Notes: a model not told the origin generated them from the letters alone. A stretch of DNA of 35,987 nucleotides from a virus (IMGVR_UViG_3300025718_000019:1-35987), one strand, 5' to 3'; positions 8,998-16,943 are shown, counted from the stretch's first letter. Translations and numbers: made by a program.

Positions 8998-9158
8998 GAA
9001 AGCCACTAGAATTTATTCACCTGAAAAAATTTGCAACCGGATCCGGTAGTATTGTAACCATGAAATCACTTATTACGGTTCATGATAAGCAATTTGTTGA
9101 GTTCTATGAGAAAGTTACACCTATCCCTGCAGATGAACTGCAGGAAGTGATTCTATGA
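8994..9158 (+). CDS. Small hypothetical protein (54 aa)
   Basis: ATGA overlaps at both ends; absent from the ORF track. Confidence 0.6.
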   Translation: MRKPLEFIHLKKFATGSGSIVTMKSLITVHDKQFVEFYEKVTPIPADELQEVIL

Positions 9159-9355
9159 TTGCCGATAACGCTAATACCGTGTTAGCTACCGGCCTTGCTA
9201 ATTTTCACCAAACATTCCCAAAAAATGGAATTGTTTATCTTGAAGATTCAGTATTGTGGTATTGTATAGACTGGGGTATTGATTGGTATTTAGGTTTGGA
9301 TATTCATGATCGTATTAACTTCAAACAGTCGTTTTTCGATATGGATTGCCGATAA
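9155..9355 (+). CDS. Small hypothetical protein bounded by attC-like motifs
   Basis: 66 aa; the stop TAA lies inside GATTGCCGATAAC and the N-terminus is encoded by the 9157-9193 site. Confidence 0.55.
   Translation: MIADNANTVLATGLANFHQTFPKNGIVYLEDSVLWYCIDWGIDWYLGLDIHDRINFKQSFFDMDCR
9157..9193. repeat. Short or truncated attC-like site
   Basis: GATTGCCGATAAC (identical to 9344-9356), 11 nt, then GTTAGCTACCGGC. Confidence 0.45.
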
Positions 9356-10366
9356 CATATTGCAGCTATGGTTTAGTGCCGATAAATACCGATGAACTTC
9401 GGACGAGAGCAAATGGAATAATTAAATGTTTTTTGTGGGTGGATTTCTTAAATTTAAAATATGGAATTAAATAAAATATATAACGAAAAAGCCGAATTGA
9501 CATTAGTCAATCTTCCGGGAGAAATAATTGATTTGACAATAACTTCTCCACCTTATGACCAACTTCGGAATTACAACAGCAGCTTTGATTTAGAATTAAT
9601 TATTAATGAGCTTTTAAGAGTAACTAAACCTGGTGGTATTTGTGTTTGGGTTGTAGCTGATCAAACAAAAAACTTTTCAGAATCCGGGACATCATTCAAA
9701 CAAGCATTAGCATTTATTGCTGCAGGTTGGAATTTATTTGATACAATGATTTGGAAAAAAACAAACTACATGCCCGGTGCAAAACATAGATATGCAGATT
9801 CATTTGAATACATGTTCGTTTTTTCTAAAGGTAAACCAAAAACATTTAATCCAATAAAAGTAAAATGTAAAACTTCCGGGATTTCCCAAAAATGGGCTGA
9901 GCGGCCGCACGAAAGTAAAGTATGGAAAAAAAATGGAGCTGAGCACAGAAAAACACTTGAATACAAGATTAAAGAAAATATATGGGAATATTCTACCGGC
10001 AGAGGTGGAAGCACAAATGATACAATAGCATTTGAACATCCGGCAATATTCCCTGAAAAATTAGTGTATGATCATGTTACAAGCTGGACAAATGAAGGTG
10101 ATTTGATTTATGATTGCTTTATGGGTTCCGGGACGGTGGCAAAAATTGCAACTGTTACAAATAGAAAGTGGTTAGGTTCTGAAATTGAAGCGAAATACTG
10201 CGAAATAATCAAAAAACGAATTGAACCATTTAAACGCGATCTTTTCCTTAACGGCTTTGAAAAAGCCGAGAGCGTGGATAAAAAACATTTAATTATGGCC
10301 TAAATGATCAACACTTTAATACGAGCGCAAAGACAAGGCATTAACCATAGGTGTGTGTTAGCAGCA
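9344..10366. repeat. Long attC-like hairpin site interrupted by the methyltransferase insert
   Basis: Left arm TAAC..GCAGCTATGGTTTAGTGCC (9353-9380) pairs with right arm GGCATTAACCATAGGTGT..GTTA (10337-10360). An inner perfect 17-bp inverted repeat lies at 9418-9434 / 10280-10296. Confidence 0.6.
9461..10303 (+). CDS. Orphan N4/N6 DNA methyltransferase (beta class)
   Basis: Catalytic TSPPY precedes HPAIFP and the SAM-binding DCFMGSGT; no cognate endonuclease nearby. Confidence 0.93.
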   Translation: MELNKIYNEKAELTLVNLPGEIIDLTITSPPYDQLRNYNSSFDLELIINELLRVTKPGGICVWVVADQTKNFSESGTSFKQALAFIAAGWNLFDTMIWKKTNYMPGAKHRYADSFEYMFVFSKGKPKTFNPIKVKCKTSGISQKWAERPHESKVWKKNGAEHRKTLEYKIKENIWEYSTGRGGSTNDTIAFEHPAIFPEKLVYDHVTSWTNEGDLIYDCFMGSGTVAKIATVTNRKWLGSEIEAKYCEIIKKRIEPFKRDLFLNGFEKAESVDKKHLIMA

Positions 10367-10403
10367 TACCGCTTGTCTTTCTTATCAAAAAACTTTTTGC
10401 GGT

Positions 10404-10466
10404 TGCTGCTAATGGGGAAACATGTGCAGCGTATTCCGTTGCACATGTTGACTGTTATCGGCAGTC
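10404..10466. repeat. Compact attC-like site
   Basis: TGCTGCTAAT, GGGGA, AACATGTGCAGCG / TATTC / CGTTGCACATGTT, GACT, GTTATCGGCAGTC. Confidence 0.6.
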
Positions 10467-10467
10467 A

Positions 10468-10612
10468 TACTTCATATCCGGAAGTAATTACCAATGAGCT
10501 GGCACAACGTGCCGGCTCATTCTGTAGATTGGTGTACAGAGTCGGCGGTAATATTTTTCAAATCCGTTTCAGAGACGAAAGTAATTTAAGCCCGGGCAAA
10601 GCCTGGGCTTTT
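10468..10612 (+). ncRNA. Candidate structured RNA ending in a terminator
   Basis: Consecutive stems and a closed multibranch; non-Watson-Crick stem pairs are G-U on the + strand. Confidence 0.4.
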
Positions 10613-10620
10613 CTTCTCTT
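10588..10620 (+). terminator. Rho-independent terminator of the early operon
   Basis: AAGCCCGGGC-AAA-GCCTGGGCTT followed by a pyrimidine tract. Confidence 0.8.
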
Positions 10621-10737
10621 CAGACATTCATTTCGGATCCAATTCGTTTCAATCCTTTTTTCCTCCATTTCCCCCGCACCCCCTAAGATTAAAGAGATAA
10701 ACAATTAATCAATATTGAAAAATATATTTATCAAAAC

Positions 10738-11042
10738 CCGTCCTACAGACATAACGACCTATATACATATTATTTTTCAATAAAAAATTATTATATATAG
10801 GTAGTAATCATTGATTTGTATTCGTGTAGGTTTGTAGGTCGCTGTAGGTATCGGGTTTATATATGTAGGTCGGTGTAGGTCGGTGTAAATAGTGTTTGTA
10901 GGTCGATTTTACCTCAAAACCTACAAATTTAGGTCAAAAAACATGTTTGTAGGACGAATTATTTATAATAATAATTTTGTTATATATATAATAATTAGTA
11001 ACTTGTAAGATAAAAGTAAACGTCTGTATGTCTGTAGGACGG
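10738..11042. repeat. Putative replication origin with TGTAGG iterons
   Basis: Eight TGTAGG and two CCTACA copies, AT-rich patches, and a 16-bp perfect inverted repeat at the ends (10738-10753 / 11027-11042). Confidence 0.7.
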
Positions 11043-11095
11043 TTGGACGAGAAATATTGAAAAATATATTTACGGCAAAAAAAAAACTATATATT

Positions 11096-11590
11096 ATGAA
11101 CACAACGAAAATTAAAGTAAAACCACATTTGGCGGAATACTGCATAGGATGCTGGGGTATTGATTTTTCCGAACCTGTAGAGTTTCCACCATTTACCGAT
11201 TTACATGTTTTAATTTATGATCTACTTCAGAAAGGTAAAATAGATTGTGATACCGATGATTATAATCTTGAAATTGTAATTCCAAATAGAAAATCGGATA
11301 GCGAAGGATTTAGAAAATGCCTGGAGTATTATAAATTTCTTTCAGCTAAATCTTGCCGGGCAATAGAAAAAAGAATTGAGAAAATATTTTGGAAAGATCT
11401 TCATGATGAATTACTTTATTGGAAAGAAGATCACTCGCAAAATTATGATATAACAGTTAATTATTTTATTTGTAAATATAAAATTGAAAGTATAACAGAA
11501 GATGCTCTTTTGAAGAATTTTTATAGATGGAGAATCAACAAACAAAAACGAGAAAAACGAAAATATATACGCAGTAAAAAAGCTAGTTAA
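11096..11590 (+). CDS. Hypothetical protein; candidate late-gene activator
   Basis: Lies between the origin and the head genes, with a basic C-terminus. ATG 11096 preferred over TTG 11057. Function is inferred from position only. Confidence 0.6.
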   Translation: MNTTKIKVKPHLAEYCIGCWGIDFSEPVEFPPFTDLHVLIYDLLQKGKIDCDTDDYNLEIVIPNRKSDSEGFRKCLEYYKFLSAKSCRAIEKRIEKIFWKDLHDELLYWKEDHSQNYDITVNYFICKYKIESITEDALLKNFYRWRINKQKREKRKYIRSKKAS

Positions 11591-11710
11591 ATGTGTTAAA
11601 GTTACTAAGCATTTAGTGCGGGTTTTTGTCTGTTATAGTGGTATTAAATGGAATAAAAAAGGCAATGTATTTGATTATAAGATGTTTAAATCGTTTTTAA
11701 TAATAAATTT

Positions 11711-12151
11711 ATGGATAATATAGGAGGCTTTCAATCGGCAGAATATTCATTGGCCGAAAATGTAAAAAATTGTGCCGTATTTTCGGATAAAATAATTGTA
11801 GTTCATAAATCTGCAAAATCGTGGAATGAAATTCCGGCAACACCTGGTAAAATAGAAATTACCGTTACGCCAACCACAGAGAATGGCTTAACCATTTATT
11901 CAGTAGTTGGTACTATATTTTGCCCACGCTTCAAATTATCGCGCTACAACGAGTATCAAAAACTTGTTCGACCACAAATATTGCTCAAGTATATTACCGG
12001 TAATGGTGATGTACTCGTTGCCGGCGACAAAGAAACCCCACTCAAGGTAATTACCGAAAACGTAAACCCAGGAGCTGCTAATGGATATTCAGGTACAAAA
12101 CTTAGTATTTCGGGACTAATGTCACACCCCGAACTCGTTTTATATGAATAA
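11711..12151 (+). CDS. Hypothetical, probably virion-associated beta-rich protein
   Basis: 146 aa; the N-terminal DNIGG resembles DNMGG in the 14703 protein. Confidence 0.65.
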   Translation: MDNIGGFQSAEYSLAENVKNCAVFSDKIIVVHKSAKSWNEIPATPGKIEITVTPTTENGLTIYSVVGTIFCPRFKLSRYNEYQKLVRPQILLKYITGNGDVLVAGDKETPLKVITENVNPGAANGYSGTKLSISGLMSHPELVLYE

Positions 12152-12154
12152 CTA

Positions 12155-12189
12155 GTCCTTTAAACCATTTAATTAAGGCAGTACTATTG
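12155..12189 (+). promoter_or_regulatory. Late-promoter motif, copy 1 (head operon)
   Basis: GTCCTTT-N20-TACTATTG. Confidence 0.65.
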
Positions 12190-12222
12190 CAATACAATTT
12201 GCAATAGTACTGCCTTTTTTTA
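12175..12222 (+). terminator. 18-bp perfect hairpin terminator overlapping the late promoter
   Basis: AAGGCAGTACTATTGCAA (12175-12192) / TTGCAATAGTACTGCCTT (12199-12216), then a T-tract. Confidence 0.8.
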
Positions 12223-12238
12223 TTCAAACTATACGCCA

Positions 12239-13120
12239 ATGCTCGCACGTCACAATATATTAAATGGAATTTGGATGATCAATCCTGATTTTGCATTGAA
12301 TCATTTACCATTAGTAGTAAGTTTTCTTAAAGGAGATAGACAAGTGATTCAACAGTCACAACCATCTTCCGACAATAAAAAACTATCTGCACAAAATGCC
12401 ATTAAAGTAGCCGTCATAAAAAATGAAGGATACTATGTTGAAGATGACGAATATGTTTTACCAATCGAAGCTCCTGAAAATTCAATGGCTATTATCAGCA
12501 TTGTAGGTGCTATTACTAAGTACGATCAGGAATGCGGACCGGTTGGAATGAAAACTATTTCCGAACTATTAATGAAATGTTATGCCAATAGTAATATTAA
12601 ATGCATCGTCATTAAAGGCGATAGCGGTGGTGGTTCAGGATTAGCCATGCGCTTATTGGCCGAAACTATCAGTTTACGCAATAAGCCGGTTGGATTCTTT
12701 GCCGATGATTGTGCTGATTCTGCCATGTACGGTATTGCTGTAGGTTGCGACTATATATGTGCCAATAGTACACTTTGCGAATTTGGATCCATTGGAACAT
12801 ACGGAACAATTATCGATTATCGCAAACAGTTGGAAATGATGGGTATTAATCTTATCGAAATATACGCCACAGCTTCGACCGAAAAAAATAAACCGTTCAT
12901 TGATGCTTTGAATGGTAAACCGGAAGCATTACGCGCTATTATCGACGTGTACAACGAGAATTTCCTTTCACTGGTTGAAACTAGCCGTGGTGACAAATTA
13001 AAAGGTGATCGCAAAGTATGGGGTACAGGTAAAACCTGGTTTGCACCTCAGGCTTTAGAGCTTGGCCTTATTGACGGTATCGATACATTCGAAAATTTTA
13101 TTACTTATTTTAATTCATAA
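12239..13120 (+). CDS. S49 (SppA/ClpP-like) prohead protease
   Basis: DSGGG, DSAMYGIA, GSIGT, TGKTWFAPQALELGLIDGI. Confidence 0.9.
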   Translation: MLARHNILNGIWMINPDFALNHLPLVVSFLKGDRQVIQQSQPSSDNKKLSAQNAIKVAVIKNEGYYVEDDEYVLPIEAPENSMAIISIVGAITKYDQECGPVGMKTISELLMKCYANSNIKCIVIKGDSGGGSGLAMRLLAETISLRNKPVGFFADDCADSAMYGIAVGCDYICANSTLCEFGSIGTYGTIIDYRKQLEMMGINLIEIYATASTEKNKPFIDALNGKPEALRAIIDVYNENFLSLVETSRGDKLKGDRKVWGTGKTWFAPQALELGLIDGIDTFENFITYFNS

Positions 13121-13123
13121 TCC

Positions 13124-13552
13124 ATGACTAAAATCTTATCCTCTTCTGCCTACGCCGTACTTAAGGAAAAAGCAGACAATTTCGACAAGGTTGTAAATTC
13201 AGTCGTTGCAAAAAACGATGATTTAAAACCCGAAGATATAACGCTCGAAGTTATCGAAGCGGCTATATTGAGCGATGTAGAAGATCCTGCTCTTCAATCC
13301 GCTGTAACTAACCTCGAAGGAACCGTTGAGCAATTAAACGGAACAATTACTTCGTTGACCACCGAACGCGACGAATTAGCTTCGCAAGTAGAAGCTCTTA
13401 GCGAATTGCCAGGTGCTGAATCTGTATCTACTGCCAAACCGGATGCTGAAGCAAGTTCAGTTGAAACGGATACGGTTGTTGAGTTCGCAAATAAAAATAA
13501 AGGCAACACCTTAGCTATTTTGGCACAAATGGAAAAAGAAGGATTAGTATAA
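13124..13552 (+). CDS. Acidic coiled-coil protein, probable capsid scaffold
   Basis: Heptad repeats; lies between the protease and capsid genes. Confidence 0.6.
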   Translation: MTKILSSSAYAVLKEKADNFDKVVNSVVAKNDDLKPEDITLEVIEAAILSDVEDPALQSAVTNLEGTVEQLNGTITSLTTERDELASQVEALSELPGAESVSTAKPDAEASSVETDTVVEFANKNKGNTLAILAQMEKEGLV

Positions 13553-13573
13553 ACCAATAAAATAATTTTCAAA

Positions 13574-14614
13574 ATGACAAAAGTTTTAAATATTGCTGGC
13601 TTAAGTGAAGCCGCTAAGACTTACGATAGCACTCTTCGTGTATTGCCTTTCGTTGCGTTGAATACTGTAGCTGCAAAGTTAAAGCTCAACATTCAGGAAG
13701 TAGATAACGAACATGTTATTGTAAATATTCGCCGTAAAGCCGGTGGAACTATTCCGTATGCTCCTGGTACTGCTTTCAATGCTCAAACAGAAATTGCAAA
13801 ATTTTTCGAAAGTTCATTGAAACCTGAATTAGTAGCGTATGAAGTTCAGGAAAACATCACAAATTATAAAGACAGTAAAGTCCTTGTAATGGCTGGTACT
13901 AAATTAGATTTGAAAACTAAGGTTCATCCTCAGGAACAACTTATTCTTCAAAGTATTGTAAAATCTCACTCTGAGGATGTGGCTTATTCAATGTTCCATG
14001 CTGAGAGAGATAATGCAGTTCTTACTCCTATGACTTCTATGACAGGATTTTTCCCTGCATTAGACTTATTAGTAACTGCAGGGTATATTGCAGCTGGCGA
14101 AAAGAATTTAGCCACTACCGGTGCATTTGCTGCTCCTGTTGATACGAATGATACTGATGCCTACGATAATCTTGTAGAATTCATTGGTACTTCAAATCCG
14201 TTCCTGATATCAACTATTGGTGGTCTTCCTCAATTATTGATTCCACTTTCAGCGTTGAAAAATGTACGAGATGCTTATCGTAATAAAGTAAAATTATTTG
14301 CAATGCCAACGTTGGCTCAGGTAATTGAATCTTTACGCGAAGACTCTTTCTGCCCATCATTAGTGGTTGATACCGATGAAGCATTAGGTTCTGGGTCAAA
14401 AGTGATTCTTCAAAAAGTTGGTAACATGGATCTTGGGTTCAATACTTCTAAATCTGAACAATTTGTTCAGGTTCGTAATATCGACCGTGATCCTAACGTA
14501 GTTCAATATTGGCTTGAAGCAGCTTACGGAGTTCGTATCCGTGACGTTCACCAAAAAGTATTCCGTACCAATGAGCAAACAAATACTCGCATTGACTTGT
14601 CAGGCGACTATTAA
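13574..14614 (+). CDS. Major capsid protein (probable)
   Basis: 346 aa, follows protease and scaffold, strongly biased codon usage, followed by a terminator. Confidence 0.75.
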   Translation: MTKVLNIAGLSEAAKTYDSTLRVLPFVALNTVAAKLKLNIQEVDNEHVIVNIRRKAGGTIPYAPGTAFNAQTEIAKFFESSLKPELVAYEVQENITNYKDSKVLVMAGTKLDLKTKVHPQEQLILQSIVKSHSEDVAYSMFHAERDNAVLTPMTSMTGFFPALDLLVTAGYIAAGEKNLATTGAFAAPVDTNDTDAYDNLVEFIGTSNPFLISTIGGLPQLLIPLSALKNVRDAYRNKVKLFAMPTLAQVIESLREDSFCPSLVVDTDEALGSGSKVILQKVGNMDLGFNTSKSEQFVQVRNIDRDPNVVQYWLEAAYGVRIRDVHQKVFRTNEQTNTRIDLSGDY

Positions 14615-14628
14615 TCCTCACAAATAGA

Positions 14629-14660
14629 AAAACCCGATATCCAATCGGCTATCGGGTTTT
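14629..14660 (+). terminator. Hairpin/terminator after the capsid gene
   Basis: AAAACCCGATA / TATCGGGTTTT. Confidence 0.7.
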
Positions 14661-14702
14661 AATATAACTAACTAGTTTTTTAAATTTTAAATAAAAAATA
14701 TT

Positions 14703-15251
14703 ATGGCTGTAGATTTAGATGTGATCACAGGTCTCGGTGGTGCTGATAATATGGGAGGTTATAAATCCCGACTGTTATGGTATCCTGATAATGATTTTTC
14801 AGCAGCTCCTTTACTTCCAAAAGTAATTGCTGCTAATGAAGACTATGTAACGGCAGCCGGTGCTTTCGTGCCTAAAGTAGCAGGTACAAAGCCAACGGTT
14901 TTTAATGCAACTGATGCTACTGTAAAGTATTCGGCTCCTAGTCAGGGAGAATTGGAAGGTCAGAGCTATGCGCCTACTGGTGAATTTTACCGTGCAGGAA
15001 GTAAAGTTGAATATGGTGCTTTTGCCCGGAAATATAACAATACTCCAGGTTACCTGGTATTGGAAGATATGGACGGAAAACAAATCTTAGTTGGTCAACC
15101 TGGTTTGCTTTGCAACCTGAAGGCTGAATATGATGGTGGTCAAAAACGTGCAGATCGTCGTGGAATAAAATTCACGTTCACTGCCGATTCATTAGCTCCG
15201 GTTGTTTATTTGGCTACCGCTATAGACATTGATGCTTTGCTAACTGCATAA
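14703..15251 (+). CDS. Probable major tail (tube) protein
   Basis: 182 aa, beta-rich, codon bias similar to the capsid gene. Confidence 0.55.
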   Translation: MAVDLDVITGLGGADNMGGYKSRLLWYPDNDFSAAPLLPKVIAANEDYVTAAGAFVPKVAGTKPTVFNATDATVKYSAPSQGELEGQSYAPTGEFYRAGSKVEYGAFARKYNNTPGYLVLEDMDGKQILVGQPGLLCNLKAEYDGGQKRADRRGIKFTFTADSLAPVVYLATAIDIDALLTA

Positions 15252-15261
15252 AATACAAACC

Positions 15262-16224
15262 ATGTTAGAACTAATCAAACAATGGCTAGAAAAACCGTCG
15301 GGGAGATACTTCGACGGTTTAGTTATTTTCTCTACCCTAGCAGGTCCCGAAATTAAAAAGAAGTACGAAGCCTACTTCCGTGAACTGACCGAAGAGCCGA
15401 AACAGCATGATATTCATTTCAGTATGCTTATCAATAAAGTAACGGCTATTGCACAAGCTGTGCAACATAACCCAAAAGCATTCGAAAATATCGAACTTGT
15501 ATTCAAAGTTACAGGTCCCGATGCTGATACTCAGGAACAAATCGAAGCAAAGAAGCAAGAAATTGAAAAATTGAAAACTGCTATCGAATTGCTGAAATCT
15601 GAAAACGAGGAAGTTTTAGCTGAAAATTCAGAATTTTCCGATCAGATTGACGAATTGGAAACTGATTTGGAAACTGCTCAGGATGAAGTTTCTGAATACG
15701 AAACTAAGTTAGGTGAACTGGAAACTGAATTGGAAGTATTGAAAGCTAAGCACGGTATTCAAATCATCCCACTGGCAGACATGCCGGATGATATCCGTAA
15801 GGCTTACGATCGTGTACGCGAAATCACGCCACTTATGGCCAAGATACATTCCGAAATAGCCGTCGAAAAAATTCATTACAAAACGCGTGAAAAGTTGGTA
15901 AAACAACTTTGCGACTTTGACGATGAACGTCGTTCTAACTGGGATCTGATTGACGACTGGAGCGAAGGTAAGAAAACCGAAGTTGCTGAGCAACCTAAAG
16001 AACTTACTTACGATGCCGATCCGCTTATTGCCGGTGCTCAAAAACTCCGTCGCGTATTAAAGCTCGAAGAGAACTTAAAAAACTCTCAGGCTACCTTTGA
16101 TACCACCGATAAGGAAGTAATCAAACAGAACGCCGCAAAACGTATCGAAGCCTATCAGATTGAGTTGTCACAACTCAAATCAGAATTGGAACCTGAGAAA
16201 CCAACAGAAGGTACCGAAGAATAA
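15262..16224 (+). CDS. Acidic coiled-coil hypothetical protein
   Basis: Long Glu-rich heptad region; 320 aa. Confidence 0.8.
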   Translation: MLELIKQWLEKPSGRYFDGLVIFSTLAGPEIKKKYEAYFRELTEEPKQHDIHFSMLINKVTAIAQAVQHNPKAFENIELVFKVTGPDADTQEQIEAKKQEIEKLKTAIELLKSENEEVLAENSEFSDQIDELETDLETAQDEVSEYETKLGELETELEVLKAKHGIQIIPLADMPDDIRKAYDRVREITPLMAKIHSEIAVEKIHYKTREKLVKQLCDFDDERRSNWDLIDDWSEGKKTEVAEQPKELTYDADPLIAGAQKLRRVLKLEENLKNSQATFDTTDKEVIKQNAAKRIEAYQIELSQLKSELEPEKPTEGTEE

Positions 16225-16244
16225 ACCATATTCTAATATAAAAT

Positions 16245-16279
16245 AAATGGGCAATACAGCAATGTTATTGCCCATTTTT
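16245..16279 (+). terminator. Hairpin/terminator before the terminase genes
   Basis: AAATGGGCAATA / TATTGCCCATTT. Confidence 0.65.
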
Positions 16280-16298
16280 ATAAAATCGAATTACACGC

Positions 16299-16943
16299 AT
16301 GGCCAAAACTCAACTTTCTGTTTACGAAAAAATAGAACTCAGCTTATTTAAGTCGGTCGACGAAAGTAGACTAGAACTTACCAGTAAGGATATGGAAGTA
16401 AAAAAACGTATCCTCATTTGCGTATCCAAGAAAATGGATAACCCGCTCATGCAAAACTCTGACCTGGTTCGCTTCCTGATGGATGGAGGATCTATTACTC
16501 AAATCGAAAAAGATGATGAAGGTGCCGAGTCCGAAACCGTTACGCCTATGCTTTTCAATCCGGTATCTCAGGCACAAGCCTACAATGATATTGCAGGAAT
16601 AACAAAAATTGTCGGAAATATATCGCTGTCAGCAAAGTCGTGGTATCGCTATATGATTGTAGAGGGTTGCAAAAAAGGATATGAAATTGCTGTTACCGAT
16701 CGTGATCCTTCCGGCATTGCTGCCAATATGGATAAGATTGGTAAGTACACCCGAGCCGACAAAGAAGATGACGCATTCGACTACTCACAAATGCTGCCTC
16801 CTAGCTTCGAACCTACCGACGATGTAACCGTACTCGAAGGAATGGAAGAAATAGCCGATTTAGAGACCGAACGCAGCAATTTCCGTGCTCGGTTCAAGGG
16901 AAACATGTATAAAGGTGCTGAAGAGGCCGTAATCGGAGAATAA
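16299..16943 (+). CDS. Probable terminase small subunit
   Basis: Helical 214-aa ORF coupled by TAATG to the large subunit. Confidence 0.6.
   Translation: MAKTQLSVYEKIELSLFKSVDESRLELTSKDMEVKKRILICVSKKMDNPLMQNSDLVRFLMDGGSITQIEKDDEGAESETVTPMLFNPVSQAQAYNDIAGITKIVGNISLSAKSWYRYMIVEGCKKGYEIAVTDRDPSGIAANMDKIGKYTRADKEDDAFDYSQMLPPSFEPTDDVTVLEGMEEIADLETERSNFRARFKGNMYKGAEEAVIGE

Noticed and set aside
9418-10296. Classical insertion sequence
   Set aside because: No transposase and no target-site duplication outside the inverted repeats; the direct repeat lies inside them.
10345-10470. Cobalamin-riboswitch-like AGGT...TAATGGGGAA
   Set aside because: The downstream CCCGC..CTGT and B12-box elements are missing and no B12-related gene follows.
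10560-10585. Hammerhead-like CGAAA after a short stem
   Set aside because: No CUGANGA core at the required position.
10304-10708. 134-aa ORF from the track
   Set aside because: It runs through hairpin sites and a strong terminator and has no recognisable motifs; more likely a chance frame over non-coding structure.
10820-10960. CRISPR array
   Set aside because: Repeats are 6-10 bp with irregular short spacing and there are no cas genes; they fit iterons better.
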